Shown here: piece after piece, positions 9,062 to 17,975 of the stretch | How positions within the stretch are numbered: position 1 is the first letter of the stretch | Layout: the number at the start of each line of letters is the position of its first letter | Virus record (IMG/VR): IMGVR_UViG_2061766007_000892 | Source: an uncultured virus (IMG/VR IMGVR_UViG_2061766007_000892) | Taxonomy: Duplodnaviria > Heunggongvirae > Uroviricota > Caudoviricetes | Strand: one strand, 5' to 3' | DNA: 61,317 bases | Position numbers and translations under genes: made by a program | Notes under the pieces: model-generated | Told to the model about the DNA's origin: nothing | Database searches by the model: none | What the model saw: the letters and a program-made list of their open reading frames with translations, nothing else

Positions 9062-9550
9062 ATTATAGAAAACACCATCAGTAGCTTCACCAGTTAGTAG
9101 TTCTTCCGCGATAGTCTGATATAGAGTGCTAATGATACCATGACAATCATTTAGATTATCTGCGGCGAACTGAACAACGCAATTCTTGAACACCACATAA
9201 GTAGTTCCAATCCACATATAACCTTCATCAGCAGGACACATAGAATAAGCATATGCTGGGTTGCCCTTAAAAGCAGTATCAAATAGTTCTACTTTGCTAG
9301 TAAATGCCTTATTAGAAGGGATACCATCAACCGCGACCTTTAGCTTAATATTACCAAAATCAACTTCAGAAGGTAGAATCTTCTGGAGTGCGGCAACCTT
9401 ATCACCGTTATTACATGCTAGAACAATAGAAGGATTAGAACCACCAAAGTTACAGTTACAAGCAATCTGCGGGTCGCCATCAAATAGCGCCTCAAACTTA
9501 CGAATTACAATAGTCCAAGGAGGCAGAATCTTTAGTCTTACATCATTCAT
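9062..9550 (-). CDS. hypothetical protein (stop in gap)
   Basis: MNDVRLKILPPW... with GGAG RBS. Confidence 0.65.
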
Positions 9551-9563
9551 TTTGTTTTTCTCC

Positions 9564-9968
9564 TTAATATGAGTCATAAAATACTAAATAAACGTCAGGA
9601 TTATTTTTCATAAACGCGGCAATAATTGCCAAGTTTATAATATCACGTTGGAGGATGGGAAGTGCTTCGTCATAATCCCAAATGGAATCACCATCTTCTT
9701 CCCAAGTTTCTTTATTCATAAAAGAAACAATAATTTTGATTAATTCAAATACTTGTTGAGAAGTCTCAATGATGTGTTCCCAATTACTGTCATCGCAAAG
9801 AGGAAAAGTCTCAACCACTTTATCTCTTAGGCCCCAGTTTTTACGCCAGTAAAGTATTTCAGTGTCATTATCTCCGAAATTAAATGGATATATAATTTCA
9901 GAAGGTAGCATTGCGCGAGTAATTACGCGACGACGAGACTTTACTTCAACTCCGTTATCTAATCCCAT
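9564..9968 (-). CDS. hypothetical protein
   Basis: Start MGLDNG after AAGGAG; contains YWRKNWGL motif common in phage proteins. Confidence 0.7.
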   Translation of the reverse strand: MGLDNGVEVKSRRRVITRAMLPSEIIYPFNFGDNDTEILYWRKNWGLRDKVVETFPLCDDSNWEHIIETSQQVFELIKIIVSFMNKETWEEDGDSIWDYDEALPILQRDIINLAIIAAFMKNNPDVYLVFYDSY

Positions 9969-9991
9969 TGTTATTTCTCCTTTATGAAGGA

Positions 9992-10055
9992 TGGCGGCCC
10001 CGGTGGGGATCGAACCCACGACCTTGTGATTAACAGTCACCTGCTACGACCAGCC
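9992..10055 (-). tRNA. tRNA-Asn(GTT), 5' end in gap
   Basis: GTGA-CTGTTAA-TCAC, T loop TTCGATC, GCCA. Confidence 0.9.
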
Positions 10056-10129
10056 NNNNNNNNNNNNNNNNNNNNNNNNNNNNNNNNGGGCAAGAGTGAG
10101 GTCATATCAAAGAACACATACTAGGATAA

Positions 10130-10729
10130 ATACCCTATTTAATAAAACCGTTGCGACCTTCGCCGTACTTGTATTATCCTTCTAACATATTCAGCTACGT
10201 TGAAGATGAAGGCTGAGCCAAAGGTAGCGACCCTTTAACTTCTTCACCCTGTCTTTCGACTACCAACGGAGAGATTGTCTACTCTCAAATTTCACTCAAA
10301 CCATTCAGCAAATTCTTCAATAATAAATCAAATATTTTCTATTTGTTCTAATACCAAGAACTTGTTGTCACTTTAAGCTACTTTTACCGCAAACCTCACT
10401 TATAGCCTATTTCTAGGTTTCAACGACAATAGCACCTTATTGGTCTTTCCTAGGTTTGATACAGTCACCAGCTAAACCCTAACTAGGATTCAGTCTACGC
10501 TTTTAACGCTTGACTTCTATTATGATGCCGTGAGGAATCGTGCTTTTGTTAGCGGATAACCAAGCGCCTACCCTTAACATTCGGAGTTTCTCCTTATCGC
10601 TAATCATTACTGATTTTGCGGCCACGATTTGGTAGTATCCCGCCAAACCGTATGGCTGTTGTTCAGGTAGCCCAAGCAGAGTGGTTAACTCTTCTTCACT
10701 TGGTTCAACCATTTTATTAAATAGGGTAT
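10130..10729 (-). ncRNA. large ornate ncRNA candidate (ROOL/GOLLD-like, ~600 nt)
   Basis: Terminal helix ATACCCTATTTAATAAAA/TTTTATTAAATAGGGTAT, many internal hairpins, own promoter, inside tRNA array. Confidence 0.65.
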
Positions 10730-10756
10730 CTACTTCCTTTCCTTATTTCTGTAATT

Positions 10757-10785
10757 ATTATAACATAATTTTCAGAAAAAGTCAA
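10757..10785 (-). promoter_or_regulatory. sigma-A promoter driving the large ncRNA
   Basis: TTGACT-17 nt-TATAAT with extended TG. Confidence 0.85.
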
Positions 10786-10794
10786 ATATTAAAG

Positions 10795-11357
10795 TGTTCT
10801 ACTTTCTGAATGGCCCATTGTAATTTCTATCCATTCCTTTGCGACGTCTTATGGGATTTCAATATACAGGTATAACCTGCGTATTCTCATACGGGAACGT
10901 TTGGCTTTTCAACGAGTGTACAGCAAGGAAAAGCGCTCTTTAATATTTGTGATTATCGTGTATCCCACCTAGGTTTGGTCGCCGTTTCCATCTGCGGCAC
11001 TAGGACTATATACTGCTTTCGCTCCCGATAATCGTGTAAAGATTAGTTTCAACTACGCCACCAGGCGGGCTTGAAAGAAGCAATCAAATGCCCTGATTAT
11101 TTGGTTAGTTGATTAATAGCATCGCTACGAAAAGGCTCTTTACTTGATGCCATATTAAACATCCTAGGATTTGTTTTACGCGCATCCGTTGAGTATTAAG
11201 TCCAATAACAGTGTCAGGACTCCTAGAATGTGATAGTTACGGCGGTCACTACATACGGTTNNNNNNNNNNNNNNNNNATATTTTAAAGTCGCGTTTTCCC
11301 AGCGTAGCTAACAAACGAATGTTAACGCGACTTGTCACTTTTCTTACGGGAAGTGAC
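10795..11357 (-). ncRNA. ORF-free structured RNA region
   Basis: Stems ACATTCTAGGA/TCCTAGGATGT, GATTATCG/CGATAATC, GTCGCG/CGCGAC, GTCACTT/AAGTGAC. Confidence 0.45.
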
Positions 11358-11434
11358 TGGTGGGGAAGGAGAGAGTCGAACTCTCAAAACCTGCGTTCTA
11401 AGCGCAGTACCTATGCCAATTCGGTTACAACCCC
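11358..11434 (-). tRNA. tRNA-Leu(TAG), short variable arm, two U-U pairs in acceptor stem
   Basis: GGGGTTG/CTTCCCC-A-CCA; CTGCG-CTTAGAA-CGCAG. Confidence 0.85.
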
Positions 11435-11439
11435 AAATT

Positions 11440-11506
11440 CTAGGCGGATTTTTAGCTACATAATTTAAAAGATTACTGCTTAAATAATAATTGCTGTGGC
11501 CGCCTT
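11440..11506 (-). ncRNA. Y-RNA-like copy 5 with Lys(UUU) anticodon stem-loop
   Basis: AAGGCGGCC-ACAGCAATT...GTAAT-CTTTTAA-ATTAT...TCCGCCTAG; starts right after a promoter. Confidence 0.7.
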
Positions 11507-11514
11507 ACATAATT

Positions 11515-11543
11515 ATTATAGCAGATTTTCTGCTAAAAGTCAA
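11515..11543 (-). promoter_or_regulatory. sigma-A promoter
   Basis: TTGACT-17-TATAAT. Confidence 0.85.
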
Positions 11544-11740
11544 ATATTTTTCTTTTGAATTACATCAACGATTGGAACCCATTCTCCGCACCCTTCACAT
11601 AACCAAGGTTCTTTAGATTCAATAATTACTTCATCATCTTCTACTAGGCCAAATAGTTTTAANNNNNNNNNNNNNNNNNNNNNNNNNNNNNNNNNNNNNN
11701 NNNNNNNNNNNNNNNNNNNNNNNNNNNNNNNNNNNNNNNN

Positions 11741-12324
11741 TGATTAATCAAATTATAAGCTCGCGCATAATTCGCTCCACGAGCAGTTAATCCTAATTTT
11801 AATAATGCTTGCCGCACATTAGGGGTAGATTTTAATGCTTCTATCATTTCTTCATCAGAAATTATTTCTGTTTGTTTATGAGAAGCAGACATATTTTTAC
11901 CTCTAAAATTATTTGTAAGTGCGTGACAATTACAACACAGTATTTGTAAATTATCTAATGCATTGTTTAAATGGTCTCCATCAATATGGTGAATTTCTAA
12001 TGGAATTGGTTGATTATCCCATTTTTCTAAACCACATTTTTCACATTTTCTTCCCCTTAGATTAATTAAAGCATCAATCGCATTTGCTGGTTTGATATTT
12101 TTCCCATATTGGAAACGAGAATAATCAAAATTATTCTTATTCCATCCTTGGCCTAAAAAATGAGAAGTATCAAAATTTTTTAATTCTAACATTTCTTTTA
12201 TAATTCTAGGCCCACTTCCACCATCTGGTTTATAACCAATCTTTTCAGTTAATTCGCGAATACTTCGGCTTTCTTTAACTAACTGTTCTAATTGCTCGTC
12301 AGTAAATTTTTCCCATTTTTTCAT
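11741..12324 (-). CDS. HNH endonuclease (3' end in gap)
   Basis: CEKCG...LEIHHIDGDHLNNALDNLQILCCNCH. Confidence 0.9.
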
Positions 12325-12406
12325 ATTTACCGCCTCCTTCTATTAATAGGTGCGGTTTCGGCAGACGTATTATTTTATTTTCTTTCAGTCTGCTATTTTT
12401 TTTAAT

Positions 12407-12483
12407 TGGTCGCGCACCTCAGATTTGAACTGAGATTGAACGCATTTTGAGTGCGCTTCCGTTGCCAATTAGGATAGTGCGCG
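12407..12483 (-). tRNA. tRNA-Leu(CAA), short variable arm
   Basis: GCGCA-CTCAAAA-TGCGT; CGCGCAC/GTGCGCG-ACCA. Confidence 0.88.
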
Positions 12484-12484
12484 A

Positions 12485-12610
12485 TGGTGCCGGCGAGTGG
12501 ATTCGAACCACCACTGAACAGATTTTAATGGTGGGCGATACGAGTGCTGCCCTCGCATAATGTCACTGGACATCGCTCGTCTGTTGCCTCTGCCGTTGGG
12601 CTACGCCGGC
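12485..12610 (-). tRNA. tRNA-Leu(TAA) interrupted by a 50-nt insert between C32 and U33
   Basis: Removing 12529-12578 gives a perfect 76-nt cloverleaf with ACAGA-CTTAAAA-TCTGT. Confidence 0.88.
12529..12578 (-). ncRNA. nested mini-tRNA (acceptor + T arm + ACCA) acting as intron
   Basis: GAGCGAT/ATCGCCC-ACCA; T arm GCGAG-GGCAGCA-CTCGT; small GTC-CAGT-GAC hairpin. Confidence 0.8.
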
Positions 12611-13031
12611 ATAAATGGCGATTTTTATCGTTGTTCGCCACAACCGTAGGCCATATGTCCTACTTCTAGGTGGACCAGGGTATTTCTACCAGCCCAATGT
12701 AAGTTTTCTTTTCTGGTTTGCGGTTACACTTACAACCCACAACAAGCTCCATTATCTACTCCATACCAGAAGAATAGTAATTTCATCGCTTATGCCGCGC
12801 ATCTTGTGCAGGGCTGCCGAATACGCTTTCACGTATTCTAAAACTCCTTGTACACTTGGTACATGAGATAGCGGTGCCGGCATTCTATTGGCCGCAATTT
12901 GTCTGCTTATACCGGCTAGTTNNNNNNNNNNNNNNNNNNNNNNNNNTCCAAGAAGAAGAAAATACAGTACGAGAAATCTTACGCACAATTATCATCCTTT
13001 CCTTGTTTCTATAACTATTATATCATAATTT

Positions 13032-13436
13032 TTATTCTTCGTCAAATAATTCTTTTAGTTGATTTTCACCATCTTGAATTTTACGTTTATCCGCGGGAGA
13101 CCAGTTTTTAGATGGATTATAATTTCCATAGGCATTACGATGTTTGCCCTTGTTATTAGTCTTATTCCGTCTTTGATAATAAAATTCTGGTTTAGTTTTT
13201 GAATAGTAATGAATGGGCTTAAAAGATTTTAGAAACTCTTTACTATACTTCGCACGCAAAACTCTATAATTGCGCTTCGCATGACGCCAATCACTCTTAC
13301 GATTTTCAGCCATTGCGTTGTCATCATTATAGTAATATTCAGGATCATAATATTCTTGTTCTGCTAAATTAAAGAGAGATTCATAAGGAAGTTCATCGGC
13401 TTGAATTTCGCAAACAAAATCATCAAGATAATCCAT
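13032..13436 (-). CDS. hypothetical protein (paralog of 15482..15769)
   Basis: Shared KTNNK...PSKNWS..D..KI motif. Confidence 0.7.
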   Translation of the reverse strand: MDYLDDFVCEIQADELPYESLFNLAEQEYYDPEYYYNDDNAMAENRKSDWRHAKRNYRVLRAKYSKEFLKSFKPIHYYSKTKPEFYYQRRNKTNNKGKHRNAYGNYNPSKNWSPADKRKIQDGENQLKELFDEE

Positions 13437-13502
13437 AAATAATTTTCTCCTTTTCCCTTTACTATAATAATTATACTATAATTTTTATAGAAAGTCAATA
13501 TT

Positions 13503-14375
13503 TTAGCTTAACATTTTCTTTAATGCTGCTAGACTATTTTTACCAAAATTACCATCAACAGTAATTTTTGCTGCTTTTTGGAACTCCCTTACGCCTTTAT
13601 CAGTATTCTTTCCAAAAACGCCATCAGCGGTCCCGCATTTAAAACCCAGACTATTTAATTTTTCTTGTAATTCTTTTACATCATCACCGCGCATCATGGC
13701 AGATTTATAATATAAGTTTCTACTACCAATATTAGAATAAAACACAACTTCAGTTTTTATATTTGTATCTATGTTTGTAGAAGGTGTAGTTGAGTTGTCA
13801 TTAGTGTTATCACTATCATATATTAAGGTGTAATCAATCATAGAGGCTGGGAAATATGCCCAATATTTCCATTTTCTATCTTTTAGCTTTGTTTTAACTA
13901 CGCCATATGCAAACCCTCTTGCTTCAATGACTTCACCATGACCAATATATAAACCTACATGTCCGCTCATAAATACAGGAATACCTGGAATATCAGGTAT
14001 AGATCCGATTGTTCCATTCTTACAGCCTTGCTTCTTTAGCCAAGAAAGAAAACTATCTGCGCTTTTGTCTGGCATACCATTTGATTGATAAGAGTTTTTA
14101 AAATCACCTTTTCCGGCAATATAATCAAGAATGCCTTGTCCACCATTCGTCCAGAAAAAGGCCTTTAATAGGCCAATACAATCTTGACAAACTTTCTTTG
14201 CGGCAATATCACGACGATATTGAGACATTCTGCTAGAACCATAATGATCAGGATATTGATTTTTTTTCCGTTTTAGTAAATCTTCTGAGCATTTATATCC
14301 ACATGTGCCGTACCAATAAGGCATACCAATCATAGATTTACAAAATTTTACTAACTGTTCATTTGTAAAAATCAT
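13503..14375 (-). CDS. endolysin-like NlpC/P60-type peptidase with C-terminal peptidoglycan-binding domain
   Basis: YWYG, DCIGL, GHVGLYIG..EARG; GDDVKELQEKL..G..DGVFGKNT. Confidence 0.85.
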   Translation of the reverse strand: MIFTNEQLVKFCKSMIGMPYWYGTCGYKCSEDLLKRKKNQYPDHYGSSRMSQYRRDIAAKKVCQDCIGLLKAFFWTNGGQGILDYIAGKGDFKNSYQSNGMPDKSADSFLSWLKKQGCKNGTIGSIPDIPGIPVFMSGHVGLYIGHGEVIEARGFAYGVVKTKLKDRKWKYWAYFPASMIDYTLIYDSDNTNDNSTTPSTNIDTNIKTEVVFYSNIGSRNLYYKSAMMRGDDVKELQEKLNSLGFKCGTADGVFGKNTDKGVREFQKAAKITVDGNFGKNSLAALKKMLS

Positions 14376-14395
14376 ATAAATCCCTCCTATATAAT

Positions 14396-14421
14396 AAAAC
14401 CAAGCAATTATGCTTGGTTTT
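14396..14421. terminator. intrinsic terminator-like hairpin
   Basis: AAAACCAAGCA-ATTA-TGCTTGGTTTT. Confidence 0.6.
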
Positions 14422-14458
14422 AATATTATATTTTAGTAATAATTAAATTTTGATATAT

Positions 14459-15406
14459 TTATTCAACCGGAACATTTATATACTCTNNNNNNNNNNNNNN
14501 NNNNNNNNNNNNNNNNNNNNNNNNNNNNNNNNNNNNNNNNNNNNNNNNTTTTGGGTGAGTTTCTTTTAACTGCTGGAAACGATTAGGACATTTTTCTCTG
14601 TGGCATCCAAAACCACAAAAGATACATCCAGTTCTATTGATTCCTGTTGTAGTCCAATTACCCTTCTTATCTTTAATAATGTCACCGTATAGAGAGCAAT
14701 ATGGTACATCATATTTTACAAGATATTCAAAAATATCGTTGTCAGTCCAGAAAGATAATGGTTTACAAGTTGGTTTTTTACTATCAAATAAATTACAACC
14801 ACTACGCATCCATTCATTACGACGAGCAATAGATTCACACGCTAATGTACCCAATAATGGATAGCGTCCCGTTTCTTTTGAGTAATGATGGTTTGGTTGC
14901 TTTTTCATTACATCACAACAATAATCACTTACTTTAAATGGAGCATTTACAAGGAAATTCCATTTTCCGTCACCAAAACCAAAAATTTTACTATCATATT
15001 CTCCACTAAGGAACTTAGCACGAGCAGAATTAGGATTGCGTTTTGCGGTTGCTACATAGCCTGCGACTTTTTTACTTATTATTGGATACCCAAACTCTTC
15101 AATAACTTGTCTAAAAGTTTTCTTGGGACGAATAATTTCTATATTTTCATGTGATTTAACAAATTGTTTAACTTCTGGATACTCCAAACCTGTGTCCACA
15201 AATACCGCAGGAATATCCGGATATACTTTGCGGGCAAGATTTAGAAGTACTGTGCTGTCTTTTCCGCCGCTAAAGGCAACGAATAATTTTTCGTCATAAC
15301 GCATACCAAATTCAGTAATACGTGTCATTGTTACGCCAATCTTTTTATCAAGTGGCCATTGTTGCATTTCTTTTAAATCTGTGGCTGTAAACTTATTTTC
15401 TGCCAT
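14459..15406 (-). CDS. PAPS-reductase family (PP-loop) protein
   Basis: FSGGKDSTVL, DTGLEYPE, CCDVMKK, RTGCIFCGFG. Confidence 0.88.
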   Translation of the reverse strand: MAENKFTATDLKEMQQWPLDKKIGVTMTRITEFGMRYDEKLFVAFSGGKDSTVLLNLARKVYPDIPAVFVDTGLEYPEVKQFVKSHENIEIIRPKKTFRQVIEEFGYPIISKKVAGYVATAKRNPNSARAKFLSGEYDSKIFGFGDGKWNFLVNAPFKVSDYCCDVMKKQPNHHYSKETGRYPLLGTLACESIARRNEWMRSGCNLFDSKKPTCKPLSFWTDNDIFEYLVKYDVPYCSLYGDIIKDKKGNWTTTGINRTGCIFCGFGCHREKCPNRFQQLKETHPKXXXXXXXXXXXXXXXXXXXXXEYINVPVE

Positions 15407-15481
15407 AATTATACACCTCGCTTTATTTAAATAGGCCTGGGCCTACCTTTAATTTATATTATAGCAGAAATTAAAAAAAAG

Positions 15482-15769
15482 TCAAGTTTCTAACTCCTCA
15501 ACTTGACTTTCCATACTATTGATTTTCTTTTGATCTGAAATAGACCAGTTTTTGGATGGCTCCCATCCACGAGGCCCATTGTGTTTTTTATTATTAGTTT
15601 TAGCACTACACATAGGGCAGGAACAATGAATTTTATTATCAGCATATTGATGGAGATTGTTGTACATAGGCCACCATTTACCCGCGGAAACATCTCTATC
15701 AATATGATATTTGCGAAGTGCCTTAATCCAACTTTTCGCGCGAGTATACGCTCTATCGTGAATTGCCAT
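15482..15769 (-). CDS. hypothetical protein
   Basis: HCSCPMC plus motif shared with 13032..13436. Confidence 0.7.
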   Translation of the reverse strand: MAIHDRAYTRAKSWIKALRKYHIDRDVSAGKWWPMYNNLHQYADNKIHCSCPMCSAKTNNKKHNGPRGWEPSKNWSISDQKKINSMESQVEELET

Positions 15770-15894
15770 AATGCAACAACTCCTTATTTAAATAAAAAGC
15801 TAACGATTTTGATAGAGCAGACCGTTCGCAACTCATACTGCTTAAAAAGACCATTTTGAAGTAATTTTCTGTGATGAGGTCCATAACCTCATCA

Positions 15895-15969
15895 TGGCAC
15901 TCGGTTCGGGACTTGAACCCGAATCACAGCCTTGAAAGGGCTGTGTGCTCACCTTTGCACTAACCGAGC
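15895..15969 (-). tRNA. tRNA-Glu(TTC)
   Basis: CAGCC-CTTTCAA-GGCTG, GCCA. Confidence 0.93.
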
Positions 15970-15974
15970 ATATC

Positions 15975-16770
15975 GCGGCTTTAAGCCAGCCGCACGGCTG
16001 ATCCGATTATGGCGATTACTCCGAGAAGTTCATCTACGGACACTTCCTCCCGAATCAATAAAAGGGCTAACAAGTGTATGCATCCACTGTTGTAACGGCT
16101 GAGCCCTGCTACCAACCGTGTGCTAGGCGACTATTTACGCTTCATATCGTTGCACAATTCCGCTGCTCCTCTTCACCCAAGAGCAGTATATGGTTCCCCT
16201 CTTAGCCTGAACCCTTCATGATTGGGGCCAGTTTCCAGCACCACCACGTGGAGGTTTGGGATATGATGCCATTGCCGCGCGTTTTTATAACCCAGACGCG
16301 AGACCACTCTACTGGGATCGCTCCTAACGACTTATATACTACATAAAAATCCGCGGAGTGGGTTAATTTGCAATGTGCCAGGCTTCCCACAATACCTGAT
16401 AGGATAGCAATCCATTTAGCCCGTTTGCCAGTTGGCGATTGGTTACGCTGCTCTCACAGCACATAGCAGTATTGGCTATGACAGGTCTTACTTTCGCTAA
16501 GGATGCGGGGCAATGACCTAAGGTCCCCATGCTCTCAAGGTAGCTATCCTTGAGAGGGAGCTATCTCCCGTCGAAGACCATATACGGGACCACTACCATC
16601 TTAGTCAGCGGCAACCATTGCCGCTGGGGGAATTGAACCCCACTGCCACGTATACTTTTCACTCCGTGATACTAATTTGGTTTTGCCTATTTATATTCCG
16701 CCGTTGAGACCATTTAGGTTAGTATCAATCACTCTTGCGGCCAGGATATTTTACAACGCCCGTTCGTTGG
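15975..16770 (-). ncRNA. ~800-nt GC-richer structured non-coding block
   Basis: No credible ORF; GGGCTAA/TTAGCCC brackets ~360 nt; CTCTCAAGG/CCTTGAGAG and GGGAG/CTCCC hairpins. Confidence 0.5.
16581..16654 (-). ncRNA. third permuted tRNA-like domain (no Y-like scaffold)
   Basis: TATACG..GGGG-TTCAATT-CCCC-CAGCGGCA-ATGGT-TGCCGCTG-ACTA-AGATGG-TAGT..CGTATA. Confidence 0.6.
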
Positions 16771-16846
16771 TGGTTGCGGAGAAGAGATTTGCACTCTTGA
16801 TCTATTGGGTATGAGCCAATTACCTTAACTACTTGGCCACTCCGCA
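16771..16846 (-). tRNA. tRNA-Met(CAT), initiator-like acceptor
   Basis: TGCGGAG/CTCCGCA-ACCA; loop CTCATAC; T loop TGCAAAT. Confidence 0.85.
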
Positions 16847-16881
16847 TTATTGTGAGGTTTATTCCCTCACCTTGTATAATA

Positions 16882-16910
16882 ATTATATCAAAATTTTTAA
16901 TGAAAGTCAA
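16882..16910 (-). promoter_or_regulatory. sigma-A promoter
   Basis: TTGACT-17-TATAAT. Confidence 0.8.
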
Positions 16911-17128
16911 GTATTTTCATTTATGATTTCTAGAAGTTCTTCATCAGAAAGGACATCAAAACATTCATATATCTTTGCTTCAATTACATTGTCCTTTCCA
17001 AAATAATCATAAAGACGGTCTACATGATTGCCAATGGTGCCTTGAATAGATACAAGACCACGTTCATGCTTGCGCTCGTCAGTATCTTCGTCCCAATAAT
17101 CAATTTCATATCTTACCATATTATACAA
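16907..17128 (-). CDS. hypothetical protein
   Basis: 73-aa ORF coupled to RNA ligase. Confidence 0.6.
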   Translation of the reverse strand: MYNMVRYEIDYWDEDTDERKHERGLVSIQGTIGNHVDRLYDYFGKDNVIEAKIYECFDVLSDEELLEIINENT

Positions 17129-17750
17129 GCTCCTTCATATCTTCCCACTTGATTTTAACAATTACACGCTCACCACAGCGATTGCGCAATTCAATCATAG
17201 GACGACAAACGATGCCTTCCATTTCACGCTCTTCTTCTGCGATTACAGAATTGGGGTGGGTTTTTACATACTCTTCCGCGGCATATAGACTGCCAGTGCC
17301 AACAATAGGAACGGCTTTAATTCCAAACATCTTGGCAGTTTCCTCTACCCATTCGCGCGCCTGATAGTTATCACCAATAAGCACATCAAAGAGGATAAAA
17401 TCTACGCCATTGGAAATATACTTTCCGCCACCCTTCTGAATCTTGCGGCCATAACCTTCACCGAAAAGAATAACTTCTTTCTCACCGAAAGCCTGCTCAA
17501 AAATCTGAGCGTTAGTTTCACCGCCAAACAACTCGTTCAAACGAGTAACAAGTTCTGCGGGAATAGCGGCATTATCGGTGCGGCCGCCAAAGGTTACAGT
17601 ATGGCCATCCCAACATACACGGATATTGGTGCCATCAACCTTTTCAGTCCAAATCCAGTTATTATCGCTGAGATATTCTACAGTCGGGTCACGGAAAATA
17701 CCGGGANNNNNNNNNNNNNNNNNNNNNNNNNNNNNNNNNNNNNNNNNNAT
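17121..17750 (-). CDS. ATP-dependent RNA ligase (Rnl2-like adenylyltransferase domain)
   Basis: Frame extends upstream of ORF-track start: WTEKVDGTNIR (motif I), LFGEGYG (III), FILFDV (IIIa), EGIVCRP (IV), VKIK (V); start next to gap after GAAAGGA. Confidence 0.85.
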   Translation of the reverse strand, partial: XXXXXXXXXXXXXXXPGIFRDPTVEYLSDNNWIWTEKVDGTNIRVCWDGHTVTFGGRTDNAAIPAELVTRLNELFGGETNAQIFEQAFGEKEVILFGEGYGRKIQKGGGKYISNGVDFILFDVLIGDNYQAREWVEETAKMFGIKAVPIVGTGSLYAAEEYVKTHPNSVIAEEEREMEGIVCRPMIELRNRCGERVIVKIKWEDMKELV

Positions 17751-17778
17751 ATTTTATTCCTTTCTACTTACTATAATA

Positions 17779-17807
17779 ATTATATCAAAAATTATATGGT
17801 AAGTCAA
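17779..17807 (-). promoter_or_regulatory. sigma-A promoter for RNA ligase
   Basis: TTGACT-17-TATAAT. Confidence 0.8.
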
Positions 17808-17815
17808 ATATTTTA

Positions 17816-17974
17816 TCAATCTCCATAAGTACAATGATAACCAGAAAAATATGGGCATATTTTACAATGAAATTCAAACCAAGTATCTGCTTGCTCTCTT
17901 GACCACTCACCGCTTATTTCTTTTCGCCACATATCTTCATATCCATAACCGCAGTCTTCCCATACTTTTACCAT
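17816..17974 (-). CDS. small hypothetical protein
   Basis: MVKVWEDCG..., AGGAG RBS. Confidence 0.5.
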   Translation of the reverse strand: MVKVWEDCGYGYEDMWRKEISGEWSREQADTWFEFHCKICPYFSGYHCTYGD

Positions 17975-17975
17975 A

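Noticed and set aside
10503..10712. 69-aa ORF
   Set aside because: Lies inside the 600-nt structured RNA, with its start at the terminal helix; likely incidental.
15975..16056. RNase P RNA (GGGAGGAAGTGTCC resembles GAGGAAAGTCC)
   Set aside because: Imperfect motif, too short, and no matching P4 3' strand.
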